Assembly: GCA_032718475.1 (NCBI GenBank)
Contig: JAUCBJ010004687.1
Span: forward strand, 1 to 59,638
Length of the DNA stretch: 59,638 nt
Source of the DNA: Nemertoderma westbladi
Lineage: Eukaryota; Animalia; Xenacoelomorpha
Direction of reading: 5' to 3'
The first letter of the stretch is position 1. Every line of letters starts with the position of its first letter. The notes beneath the pieces were generated by a model. The model was given only the letters and a program-made list of their open reading frames with translations. It did no database searches and had not been told where the DNA came from. The position numbers and the translations under genes are program-made. Of this stretch, positions 12,850 to 24,500 are shown piece by piece.

Positions 12850-13143
12850 TCTTGTGATATGAAGCAGGGGTTACAATAAGAGAATAATGTTATCTAACCA
12901 TATATGTACATATCATATATAATAATAATAGCTGTATTGCATGATATCAAACTAACGCCTAATACGGTACAATACACAGAATGCAGAACCTAGTTCTCTA
13001 GTACTATTGTCCATAGTGTACATACAGTCAGAAGGTATAAAGTGAGTAATACTTTATATATATGACCCGTCACCAAACATATCTAAACATAACTTATAAG
13101 TAAATCATTACTGTCGCTAGGCAACTATGTAAATAATATAACA
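12850..13143 (-). repeat. Gypsy 5' LTR (TGTTATA...TCACAAGA)
   Basis: Homologous to 9612-9776; directly followed by a TGG PBS on the minus strand. Confidence 0.9.
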
Positions 13144-14100
13144 CTGCTGCTCTAAATAATCGGACCTTAAGTTTCCAATTAATTCTAAGTGACTTCCAAA
13201 TCCTGGAAAGCCTGTTCAAGGATGCCCATGCCTTTCCCTTATGTATTCCAAGGTCCTCACTTGACTTCCGGATCCATGATCCCAGGTAACAGAAGTCGTC
13301 CACATGCTCAAGCATACCATCCTTTGAGCTTATGCTCATCCGATCAGATACTTGCTGAGGACTTTCAAAGTTAACTGTCCAAATTTTGGTCTTTCTGGGG
13401 TTAATAAAAAGACCAACACTAGAAGCAGCATGTTCTAATGAGCTGAGGAGCCGTTGGGCTCCCTCTAATGATTCTGAGAGTACTCCTAAGTCATCAGCAA
13501 AGTCTAGATCAGTTAGGTACTTGGCAGGAATTCCTCGACTTCTGGAGCCAGTAGGTGGAGTTATCACCACCCCATCATCATTATGATGATCTAAGGACAT
13601 GCGTAGAACATAGTCAACCACAATTATGAACTTATTATTATGAATTATGGTGCAAGTGTGTCTCCCTGGAGGACACCCCATAACACGTCATATAGTTATG
13701 TGTCACCGTCAACAGCAGACACAAATGTTGTCGAACCATCGTGTACTGATCGATTGCTGCAATAATTTCATTAGGAATCCCTTTCTTTTAAGTTACTAAT
13801 TTAAATAATATATTATATAATATATTATATTTTAAATAACTCTTCAATTGTCCTACTAAGTGCCAAAATGGGCTCCATGGTCCCACAACCTTTATGGAAC
13901 CCATTCTGATTTACACGGAGCAGTCTCTCAATGGGATCCCTGATGCGATTTAATATAATTCTATTGTATAGCTTTGCAGCAATCGAGATCAATGAGATTC
14001 CCTGAAAAGAACCATAGAGTGTTAGGTTGCCCTTCTGGGGAACTGGCACCAATATATTTGTTTTCATTTCTTGTGGGACCCTTGTTGTCTTTACTAAATA
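13144..14100 (-). mobile_element. RTE family 1 copy B, RT part
   Basis: Continues 9611 after the TSD; LDFADDL in ORF 13094-13681; PVPQKGNL..GISLISIAAKLYNRII..NQNGF in ORF 13825-14169. Confidence 0.85.
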
Positions 14101-14249
14101 AAGCTTTAGGACAACTTCTGTCTCTGTCTCAATGACATGCCCCCCCCCCCCCCCCCCCCCGCCCCTCATATTTTTCTACAAATCTTAATGAGATTGCATG
14201 AAATCTGAAACATATATAGAACCACAACCATAAATCAGATAAACAATCT

Positions 14250-14807
14250 ATGTTTTTTTGTGATCTAGAAATCGTTCATTGTGTTAGTTATATTTATTTA
14301 GGATGTCCGTTTACTGAGGACGGTAAATTGTCTTCAGTTTTGAAAATACGTGAGGGACTGGCGGAGGAGACAGCAAATACATTTTCGATATTTTGCGCAG
14401 TGAACTCTCAGATGCCTTTTTGTTTAAAGCGCCGAGTTTTTGAAGCTGGTTTATTATCCTCCCTGATGATGGACGGGTGCGAAAGTTGGTTGTGCTCGAA
14501 TAACTCTCCTATAGAGAAACATTATGCCCGTTTGATACAAATATTATTAGGGGTGCGGGAACGTATACCAATTGATTTGTGCATGCTTGTGTATGCTATT
14601 TGTGCATGCTATTGTATGCTTATTTCAGCTATGGGGCACAACCCTCACGGTAGTTGTAAAGTAAAGGAACGTATTTTGGGTAAACCAGATACAAGAAGTA
14701 AATATCGTACATACGTTAATTTTAATCACAAACTTGGTGCTCACCGTATTTATACCAGTAGCAAACTCTATATTCCCGACGACCACCAGTTGTATAAGAA
14801 GATATGA
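14250..14807 (+). pseudogene. LINE ORF2 C-terminal fragment
   Basis: YIYLG, LMMDGCESW and KYRTY thumb/C-terminal motifs of non-LTR RTs. Confidence 0.65.
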
Positions 14808-15607
14808 TACGCGGCCAAGGTCACCCATAGCCCAGCATTACCATCCATTTCTACTCCTTCCTCCAATCAGAAACCACCATTTCAACCGTTACCAGTTGTC
14901 GTTATTATTTCAACCAATCAGATGTCAGCATTTCAACAGTAACCATGGTAACTTCTCAAGTTCCCGCATATTCCGCTAGAGGCGTTATTAGTCATGCAAC
15001 GAACTTCCTCTCTACTCCTTCCAACCAATCGCGAGCCTTTATTTTACAGGTGCTCGGGTGTCTACACTTAGCATCAGGTAACTTATATTATTTTTCAAAT
15101 TGCTATTTTTTACCAACCAGTATTTTCATATTCACCATCCTTTATTTTACAGGTGCTCGGAGTGTTTACGGGTAAATTCTACTATTTTTCAAATCGCTAT
15201 TTTTCACCAACCAGTATTTTCATATCTTTTATTTTAGGTGTCTTTCTACCCATAATTTTTCACCAGTAACTAAATTTCATTTCGCAATTTTTCAGATAAC
15301 AAAATATTCAACTGGGATCGAACATGGGACCGTCATGATTCGCAACAATTCACCGCTCACTCTTCCATCCAACCTCAAGAGAAAAAGGCGACAAATATCC
15401 GTGTTATACCATAGCCTGATCTATTTTGCTTCATTTACTGTTATTATTCACTTTCTATTGGTTATACGTGTTCTTAGTTGATTGGTTGAATATATAAAAT
15501 GACCTATATAAATATATGAATAGAATAGAAAAAATATTATTAATATTTATTTATCTGTCTTGTCGCTGTTATTTAATTGTTGACACATAAAAATAATAAT
15601 AATAATA

Positions 15608-16029
15608 ATGTCTTCTGATACACCTGCGCCTGTAATAAGACATACATTTATTACTGTTGATAATCTTACTTGTATTGTTATTGGTAACACTATTTATTGT
15701 CCTTCACAACCTAATTTTAAAATAGATATTTCTGAACAAGCAAGAAAAGAACTACGTTCTATTGATATTTTCGATATATTTCTACTAATTACCTTTTAGA
15801 TTACAAAGTAGAAGATGATTTAGAGAATTTTACAATTTTATCAATGTCAGATAACTTTATTGTTATTAGTCAATATAGCGGTAATATAGTGCTCAATAAA
15901 TTTGAAAAGTTTGAGATCAAATTAGATCGTAAAAATGCTTATGAAATTGTGGCTTTGTTTATAGTTATTATTTCGAAAGAAACCCTTGTAACCACAGATG
16001 AATCCGATGACAATGAAGATGATCCTTGA
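15608..16029 (+). pseudogene. Polinton accessory ORF of unknown function (frameshifted), paralogue of 57232-57678
   Basis: MSSD..P..RH.F..D...IVI..TIY...KI..SE.ARK.L.SIDI and EKFEI.L.R...YEI...FIV.ISKE shared with the 148-aa ORF. Confidence 0.8.
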
Positions 16030-16353
16030 CTGTTTCAACTATATTATAAATATTTTATCAACATTTTAACGATTTTGGTTTATTTATTTAAGAAAAAATG
16101 ATATTTTAATAAACATTCTTCTTTATATTTATTTTTAAGTTACTTTCAATAAATTTGTATTATCAATATATATAATATATAAAAACAAACATTGTCCCAC
16201 CACCAGCTGACGTAGCCTAGGTAACAAGTATAAACAATAACAATATAGGCCTACATAAAAAATACCAGTATATTACTAAAATTAGGCCTAATAGAGTCGT
16301 GATGCGCAGTTCAAAACCTGGACATGCAGACAGGTTTTTTTGTATTTAGTCGC

Positions 16354-19300
16354 CTATGGGTACGGCGACGTGTCGGTGTCTGAGTTGGACATCTGTATCG
16401 GAGTCTCGCAGCGTACCGGTCGATTCCGTGCAGAACGCGCACCCCGCAGACACATTAAACCCGCGCGGAGGAGTGCGAAACTCAATTCACGGCGGATCCA
16501 ACGAATACACTCGGAGTACGGTGCCTCACGCTTCTCGGAGAGTAATATCCCGAGTCGCTTCACGAACTGAGACGTGGTTGGCGAGAAGCCACCATACGCC
16601 GAGAATATGAGCGGCGTAAATGTCGCCAACTCAATTTCACGAATCCGCTCGTCATAAAGATTACGCTTGCGGGCCTCGTGATGGAGGTGGGCGTCGGCGA
16701 GAGGCATTGCAGCATTCGTGGGGGCTAGGGGGTTGAAGATGGAGACATCCAGGAATATCTTCTGATACCTGGAACCCCAGAAACCGCAGACGGACACATC
16801 GAGGCGGGCTTGGTCGTCGGTGGAAGTGGAATGTCGGATGAACTGCTCACCGGTGACTGGCTGCAAATGAGGTTCGACCGCGACGTTATGCGCTACTTCG
16901 GTTAGTGTAGTGGCGAAGAAATCGCGGACTTCATTGTGGCGAATAGACGGATAGCCGCCTGTAGGACACGACATAGCGTGATTTACTGAAAATCGTGTCC
17001 CACAGGCGCACCGGGCCGGAAGAAGTCTCGGTTGCCAACCATAGCGCAGGCATAGAGCGTCGCGGAACTCCTGCTTACCTAGGTGAGTGTTGTGGATCGT
17101 CACCGGGCGAGAGTTTAGCCAGGACGAAGCGCCCTTCTCGGATGTCAGCTCCCGTAGGTGTTGTTGGTCCCGATTGAGTCCTAAATGAACCTCCTCGACC
17201 TTCTTCTTCAGGTTGGCGGTTTCCCGGATCCTAATAAGGTTAGTAGCCTCTTTTTGCAGTTCCGCTCTTTCTTTTACGTTACCCCCCTTATTAAATGGTG
17301 CACATAACAATCTAGAATTACTATATTGCTCCTCTAGGTCGGACGGAAGCGGGATCGCTAAACCTCCAAGGCGCACCGGGAGCGAACAGAGTTCCCGTTC
17401 CGCAGGAGTGATGGCAGGCTGCCCCGCTAACGACGCAAGACACTTCTCGACGGCAGCCTCGAGATCTCCGAACCGATCCGTAGACTGCGGAATAACGCGC
17501 GATATGTATCGCCAACGCGCCGACAACCCAATCGCGAGGCCCGCGTATACGCAGTGCGGGTCAATGGCGGCGATTCCTTCGAGACGCTCCACCTGTCGGA
17601 TAAACTCGGTAACCTTGGCGTCGACGAACTCCTGTCGGAACTCTTCAGTGCCGACGGCGCCGCCGAGAAGTCGGCACCCACGGACCTCGATCGTAAAGCA
17701 GGGTTCCGGGAATAGGGACTCTGCTTCTCCGAGAAACTCTGGCTTTACGAGGAGGACACATTTCGTCGGAAAGTACCCGTATAAAGGACCCCGCGCAGCT
17801 ACTACGTCCCACCATTTCCGGAGCTCAGACAGCGTTCCGGCCGCATTCCCGTCGTCCGCATACCACTTCTGGTTCACGCTGGACGCTTCCTCCAGCTCAT
17901 CTAACAGCGGGATCGTCCCAACGGCGTAGCTCGGCATGGCGAGAGGGTCGCCCTGGGTAAAACCCTCGGACGAGTATATAAACTCGCCCCCGATAAACAG
18001 TTTAGTTGGCTGGGCGTAGCAGTTGGAAACCGCAGTCTTAAGGGAAGGACAAACGATGCCGATATTGTGTGTCGCAGCGCTGCGGTTTAATGAATTAAAC
18101 GCATTGTTTGCGTCCACTTGTAGAACCGCCTCGCACCCGTCGCTGTCAAACGCGTCATTTAGACTATGTACGGCGTGTTCAATCCCCGCTTTCTGCCCGC
18201 AACATAACTGTACTGAGCCACCAACAGTCTGTAGATCATCCGAGACGCTCGCAATGATTGACTTTCCGATAATGCGTCGGAGTACCTCCCCTATGCCAAT
18301 CGGCCTGACGCCCGGGCACTTATCTATAGCAACCAGGCGAGCCGAGAGTAACGATGAGAGACGACCAGAGTCAATTGGTGTTTGGGCAACCTTTCTCGCT
18401 GCCATGGCGATGCTTGAACATAGCTCAGAAGAGGCTCCCCGGAATCGGGTGGCAATGTACTTCCATCCCTGGACGTTGAGACCGGAAGGGCCAGCAGCAT
18501 TCCCGTTAATATGAAGGAGGCTAGTGAGAACCAACTGGGCGTCAATCTTCTCGAATATAACTCCATGGAACTCAGGTGCCCGATCAAATCCCTCCAGCAA
18601 TGTCGTATTGTCTGCTGTTTCTGCAGGGGGATGTTTGTCCAACAGAAACTCCTTCACAGTTTTAGTGACTCCGTTCTTATCTGTAACTATCTGGCTAAGT
18701 TTAAGTAACCCTCCCTTAGACAGCTCGTCTAGACTACGAACGGCTGCACTCACATTGCCGACCAGCATGTGCTGGCAGAAAGCGCGCTCAGCTGCATTAT
18801 TATGGATGGTTGCCACGCGGGAGGAACCACGTTTGAGGTGGGCTTGGATTGCGCTGGCCTCTTGGAGAAGTTCTTCAAACCGGCCGAGTTTCCAAGATTT
18901 CATGCGACGTTCTAAAACTCGTCGGTGGGTCGCTGCGTTCGATGAGCGGGATGGTTTCTGTAGGAGGAGGGCGGGGAGAATCATTAACGCCGTTAGAGCA
19001 GCATCCTCGAGTCCGAAGTCGCCACTGAACATGTTGAGGAGCCGTGACATCTCGGAAACGACCTCGCGACCGGCCGCGCCTGGGGGAAGAAGAAACAAAT
19101 TCGATCGCCAATGGACTATCACATTGTACACTCGATGTAATGTGTCTAAGAAAGCTGGGGCAGGTATTGGTTGTCCGAACCAAGATATCGTTGGTGACCT
19201 TGTTGTCAACATTGAAGAAGGCCTTTGACGGACTACTGGACAAACCCGGGGAAGGTCAGGAATGGGTTTAGGGTTAATGGGACCAATGAAATTCTCACAT

Positions 19301-20640
19301 CTCCCCACCAACAGCGGACCACAAATAGTGCAGTGACGCCCTTCCTTTGCGCATACACACCTAGTGCAACGCCCCCCAGATGCGCTGCAGCTACAACAAT
19401 GGTTGCCACCCGACAGACTGGTGACAGGGGCATCCGACAGACTTGTGGCGGTGACAGGGACACCTGACAGACCGGTGACAGGGACATCCGACAGACTGGT
19501 GACAGGGACATCCGACCGACTGGTAGCAGTGACAGGGAGAAGGACACCCGACAGACCGGTGACAGGGACACCCGACAGTCTGGTGACAGGGACATCCGAT
19601 AGACTGGTGGCGGTGACAGGGAGAAGGACACCCGACAGACCAGTAACAGGGACACCCGAAAAACTGGTGACAGGGACACCCGACAGACCGATGACAGGGA
19701 CACCCGACAGACCGGTGACAGGGACACCCGACAGATTGGTGGCGGTGACAGGGACACCCGACAGATTGGTGGCAGTGACAGGGACACCCGACAAACTTGT
19801 GACAGGGACACCCGACAGATTGGTGGCGGTGACAGGGGCACCCGACAGATTGGTGGCAGTGGCAGTGACACCCGACAAACTTGTGACAGGGACACCCGAC
19901 AAACTTGTGACAGGGACATCAGACAGGCTGGTGGCGGTGGCAAGGACACCCGACAGACTGGTGACAGGGACACACGACAGACTGGTGACAGGGACACCCG
20001 ACAAACTGGTGACAGGGACATCCGACAGACTGGTGGCGGTGGCAGGGAACACCCGACATGCTGGTGGCAGCGACACCTGGAAGACTAGTGGCGGGAACAC
20101 CGGACGGACAGGTGACAGGGACACCTGACAAACTGGAGAGAGGGACACCCGCTAGACTGGCGACAGGGACACCCGACATGCTGGTGGCGGGGACACACGA
20201 CAGACTGGTCACAGGGACATCAGACAGGCTGGTCACTGGGACGTCCGACAGACTGGACACAGGGACCTCACCAGAAAGCGGTGAACTGAATCGAGGTGAA
20301 GGCGGACTACCTAGAGGACTATGGAATGTAAGGGAATCTTCCAATATCGTCTCATCTGCATCAACTAGAGTGACGTCACCAAAGTTGGATGTACATTCCA
20401 CGGGTTGAGACAGCGACATTCGTGATACGTCGTCGACATTGTCCGGTAGGGACGACATAAGTGGTTGGGAAAACGAGCCTCTGTTCGGATTCCAGGGATT
20501 GTCGCATCTTCCTTCCTCCAGTAAGGCGCAGCTGTCACATGGCCGCCCTCGACACTGACACCTACCCTACACCTCGAGGTCGTGCTGCAACGGCCGCCAG
20601 CTCGCGTCGAGTACTGACATTGGCAGCACCGTTTCGGCAT
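16354..20640 (-). CDS. CRE-type polyprotein: Cys-rich domain, P/V/T/S repeats, second Cys-rich domain, RT, CCHC, REL endonuclease (5' part frameshifted; 16354-20148 open)
   Basis: GVRPIGIGE, DANNAFNSL, QGDPLAM, WYADD; CACG..HAMSC..GG..IRHNEVRD; ARLDV..FLDVSI..HEARKRNLY; MPKRCCQC at 20640. Confidence 0.85.
19410..20270. repeat. Coding tandem repeat, 24-bp core GACAGACTGGTGACAGGGACACCC with longer variants (PVTSLSGV)
   Basis: Read directly in sequence and translation. Confidence 0.9.
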
Positions 20641-20841
20641 AGCGACCTAGTCGCCCGTTATTGTATTCGTATCCAGAAATAACTCGCGAATAACCGGCGA
20701 AAGCTGCCGACTTCCGAGGTAGAATAAGGCGCCAATCAGTCTGGATGTCAAGCCAGTATAGTATGCTCACTAATACTTAAGTACCTCGTCCTGCTGTTCT
20801 GTATCAATCTGTCCAACATATAAACTCATATTTTAATAAAC

Positions 20842-21348
20842 ACAAATTGTAGTATTTGTTATTCTAATTTAAAACATCTTGAGTGTTACATATGTGTTAA
20901 TAAGCATGGAACTTGCGTGACATGTATTGATCAATATGTTGAAATTAATGATTGTACTAAAATTTGTCCAATTTGTAGAGTAAAGACACTTTGCAGAGAA
21001 AGACACTTTTGTCATATATTCCATATTATTGGAAAGAGCTGCGGAATTCTATCTACATTTCAGGAAAAGGTAACGAACCTAACAAGTTATTTACAATATC
21101 AAAGAATATTTTTTATCAATAATATAGTGAAAAAAGGTGGCTTTATGGTACCTTGGCTGTTTGATGAAGAACATAAAAATATCACAGTAAAATTAAATAA
21201 GAATTTGCGTAGTTTTGACATTTACTTTAAGACATATAAAGATGAATCATCTTCGAGAGGGATAAAACCAAAAAAGTATTATTTGAAACTTGATGAAGGT
21301 ATTCTTTGCAATGATTTGTGTATGGGAGTAATTCATCATAATAAATAA
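20842..21348 (+). pseudogene. Polinton RING (C3HC4) finger protein, start codon lost; paralogue of 57847-58299
   Basis: In frame upstream of ORF 20917: CSICY...C.NKHGTCVTC...KICPICR. Confidence 0.8.
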
Positions 21349-21532
21349 ATGAGGTAAAGTGATAGGCCTAGGCCTATTTACTAGCTACTATATATTTTTT
21401 ATATATATATATATTTAGTATAGTACTGACTGTTGACGTCACGGCTGACGTCACCACGGTGCAACATACTGATAGGCTGCTACATCGCAACGTGAACGAT
21501 CTATCGCCGGATTTTCGAGCGGATTCCCCTAC

Positions 21533-24500
21533 ATGGCGCCGTCCCAGCGCTGCTGCAAGTGTCGCAGCGGCTCTTGCCGAGGGTGCAAGTGTGCTTGTGC
21601 GGGAGTTCCCTGTTCCTCCTGCAAACCTCTGGAGCAGAACTCGTGCGCGAACGGGCCGAGCTCACCCGATCCAGACAGTCTCGCGATGCCCCCGAGGTAC
21701 AGCGGTTCCGCGGGCTACGGGGTTCTCGACTATCTGGTATCCAACTCGCCCAGATGGAAAACGCGTCAAGCCACAGCGGACCTTGCGCATAACGGCTATG
21801 TAACCCTGGAAGTTATAAACTCAACCCTGGAGGAGCTCGACGACCTGATGGACCAGACTCTAACCCCAGGAGAATTCGATCCGGACTGCACATTGACCCC
21901 GCAAATTGGCGCTGGATCCCCGGCCCCCTCATCGGGTCCCCCAGTGTCGGTGTCTTACCAGTCGGGTCCCCTAGTTCCAGGTGTCGGTTATTCCGTCCCA
22001 ACCAGTACGGATGTCGATTATCCCGTCCCTACCAGACTGGGTGTCGGTCATTCTACCCCTACCAGTCCGGGTGTCGGTCATTCTGCCCCTACCAGTCCAG
22101 GAGTCGGTCATTCTGCCCCTACCAGTCCGGGTGTCGGTCATTCTGCCCCTGCCAGTCCGGGTGTCGGTCATTCTGCCCCTACCAGTCCGGGTGTCGGTCA
22201 TTCTGCCCCTACCAGGACAGGTGTCGGTCATTTTGCCCCTACCAGTCCAGGTGTCGGTTATTCCGTCCCAACCAGTCCAGGTGTCGGTCAGTCGATCCCT
22301 ATCAGTCAGGTTGTTGGTCTTTCTGCCCCTACCAGTCCAGGTGTCGGTTATTCCGTCCCAACCAGTCCAGGTGTTGGTCAGTCAGTCCCCATCAGTCCGG
22401 GTGTCGGTCATTCCGTCCCGACCAGTCCGGGTGTCGATTATCCCGTCCCTACCAGTCTGGGTGTCGGTCATTCTGTCCCAACCAGTCCGGGTGTCGATTA
22501 TCCTGTCCCTACCAGTCCGGGTGTCGGTTATTCTGTCCCAACCAGTCCGGGTGTCGATTATCCCGCCCCTACCAGTCCGGGTGTCGATTATCCCGTCCCT
22601 ACCAGTCCGGGTGTCGGTCATTCTGCCCAAACCAGTCCGGGTGTCGGTTATTCTGGCCCTACCAGTCCGGGTGTCGGTTATTCCGTCCCAACCAGCCCAG
22701 GTGTCGGTCAGTCTGTCCCTATCAGTCAGGTTGTTGGTCTTTCTGCCCCTACCAGTCCGGGTGTCGGTTATTCAGTCCCAACCAGTCCGGGTATAAGTCA
22801 GTATGTCGGTCAGTCTGCCCCTACCAGTCCGGGTGTCGGTTATTCCGTCCCTACCAGTCCAGGTGACGGTCCCATACCAGTCCCGGATGATGGTGTATCT
22901 GTCCCCTCGACCCAGGACGTCACCACAGAGTCTGGTGTTGTCCCTCAGATCCCCGCGGTATATGGTGTTGTCCATCGGGCCCCCGCGCTGCCTGGTATTG
23001 TCCCCCGGGCACCCACAGTGTCTGGTGGTGGAACTACACTGACTGGAACCCCGAATGCCACGTTGGCTCAATCAACCGCAGCTACTACGTCAGTCAAATG
23101 GTTTGCAAACATTGTTCCTGTTTTGGAATTATCTAACAAGATTAATAAAGTGTATGACGTAATAGTTCACTGGCGCCCCAATCTGTTCCTGCTCCCACCC
23201 GGTGCAATCGGGCGCCAGTTAGTGGATGAGATGTCCCGCCTCATGAACTTGTTTATTTCGGGTTCATTAATGGAGGAAATTGCAATTACAGCATTAATGA
23301 TTCTCCCCGCGTTGTTACTGCAGAAGCCGAGCCGTTCTTCAAACGCTGCCACACATAGGAAGGTTCTGGAACGGCGTTTAACTTCCTGGAAGTTGGCCCG
23401 GTTCGACGAATTACTGGTTGAGGCGAGGGCGATCCAAGCCCACCTACCGAAGTCAACATCACGAGCCTTTAAACAGCGGAACGAGTCGGCAGAGAAGGCG
23501 TTTTGTAAGCATATGCTTACTGGAAACGTAGCGGCAGCAATGCGATGTTTGAACGAGCTCGCCAGAAGTCGTGTTCTCAGTTTAGATGAGATGGTGACGG
23601 ATAAGCGCGGAGTAACCAAGTCGGTTCGGGAAGCATTGCTGGATAAGCACCCGGCCGCATCGCCAGCCGACCCCTCGATTCTACTCGATCGGTTTCCAGG
23701 AGCACCTGAGTTCCATGGTGTCATCTTTGAGAGTATAGATGCGCAACTCGTTCTCAACTGTTTACTGCGAATACGCGGTAATGCGGCCAGACCGTCAGGG
23801 CTGGATGCCCAAGGGTGGAAACACCTCGCCACCAAGTTCCGCAACTCATCGGTGGACCTGTGCAACAGCATTGCTAATTTAGCGAAGAAGATTGCGCAGT
23901 CCATTGTATCGCCAGGTAGCCTCTCATCGCTATTGGCAGCGCGATTAATTGCACTGGATAAATGTCCGGGCGTCCGACCGATAGGAATCGGCGAAATGCT
24001 CCGACGGGTTATTGGGAAGGCGACGATCCACTGCATCTCGGCAGATCTCCAGGCTGTTTGCGGGACGGCGCAGTTGTGTGTAGGACAGAAGGCAGGGATC
24101 GAACACGCGATCCACGCACTCAATGACGCTTTCGCTGAGGATGAGTGCGAGGCGATCCTCCAGATAGATGCGAACAATGCATTCAATTCCCTCAACCGCG
24201 CCGCAGCCGTGCACAATATCCAACATATTTGTCCAGCCCTACATACCGTGGTCACCAATTGTTACTCCACTCCAACCAAGCTGTTCATCGGTGGAGAGTT
24301 TCTCCTATCGGAGGAAGGATCGACCCAGGGCGACCCCGTCGCGATGCCAATGTACGCCGCGGGTGTGCTCCCCCTGGTTGGCGAAGTGGATGACGTTTCT
24401 GATGTGGTGCAGAAGTGGTACGCTGATGACGGTAATGGCGCGGGTACGTTGTTGGAGCTGCGGAAGATGTGGGATGTCGTAGTGTGTCGCGGTCCGCTCT

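Larger units (their letters stand above)
9612..13143 (-). mobile_element. Gypsy/Ty3 LTR retrotransposon remnant with 5-bp TSD CTGCT, inserted in RTE copy B
   Basis: Matching LTRs at 12850-13143 and 9612-9776 (the latter internally deleted); PBS TGGCGCAGT at 12841-12849; CTGCT on both flanks restores the RTE sequence. Confidence 0.9.
16140..20775 (-). mobile_element. CRE-clade (R2-group) non-LTR retrotransposon 1; ends approximate
   Basis: Single RT-CCHC-REL ORF; GC-rich block inside AT-rich Polinton DNA. Confidence 0.85.

Noticed and set aside
17213-20408. Long plus-strand ORFs over CRE1
   Set aside because: Antisense or alternate-frame shadows of a GC-rich, repetitive RT ORF
23167-24258. 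363-aa minus-strand ORF
   Set aside because: Antisense shadow of the CRE2 RT with no independent motifs
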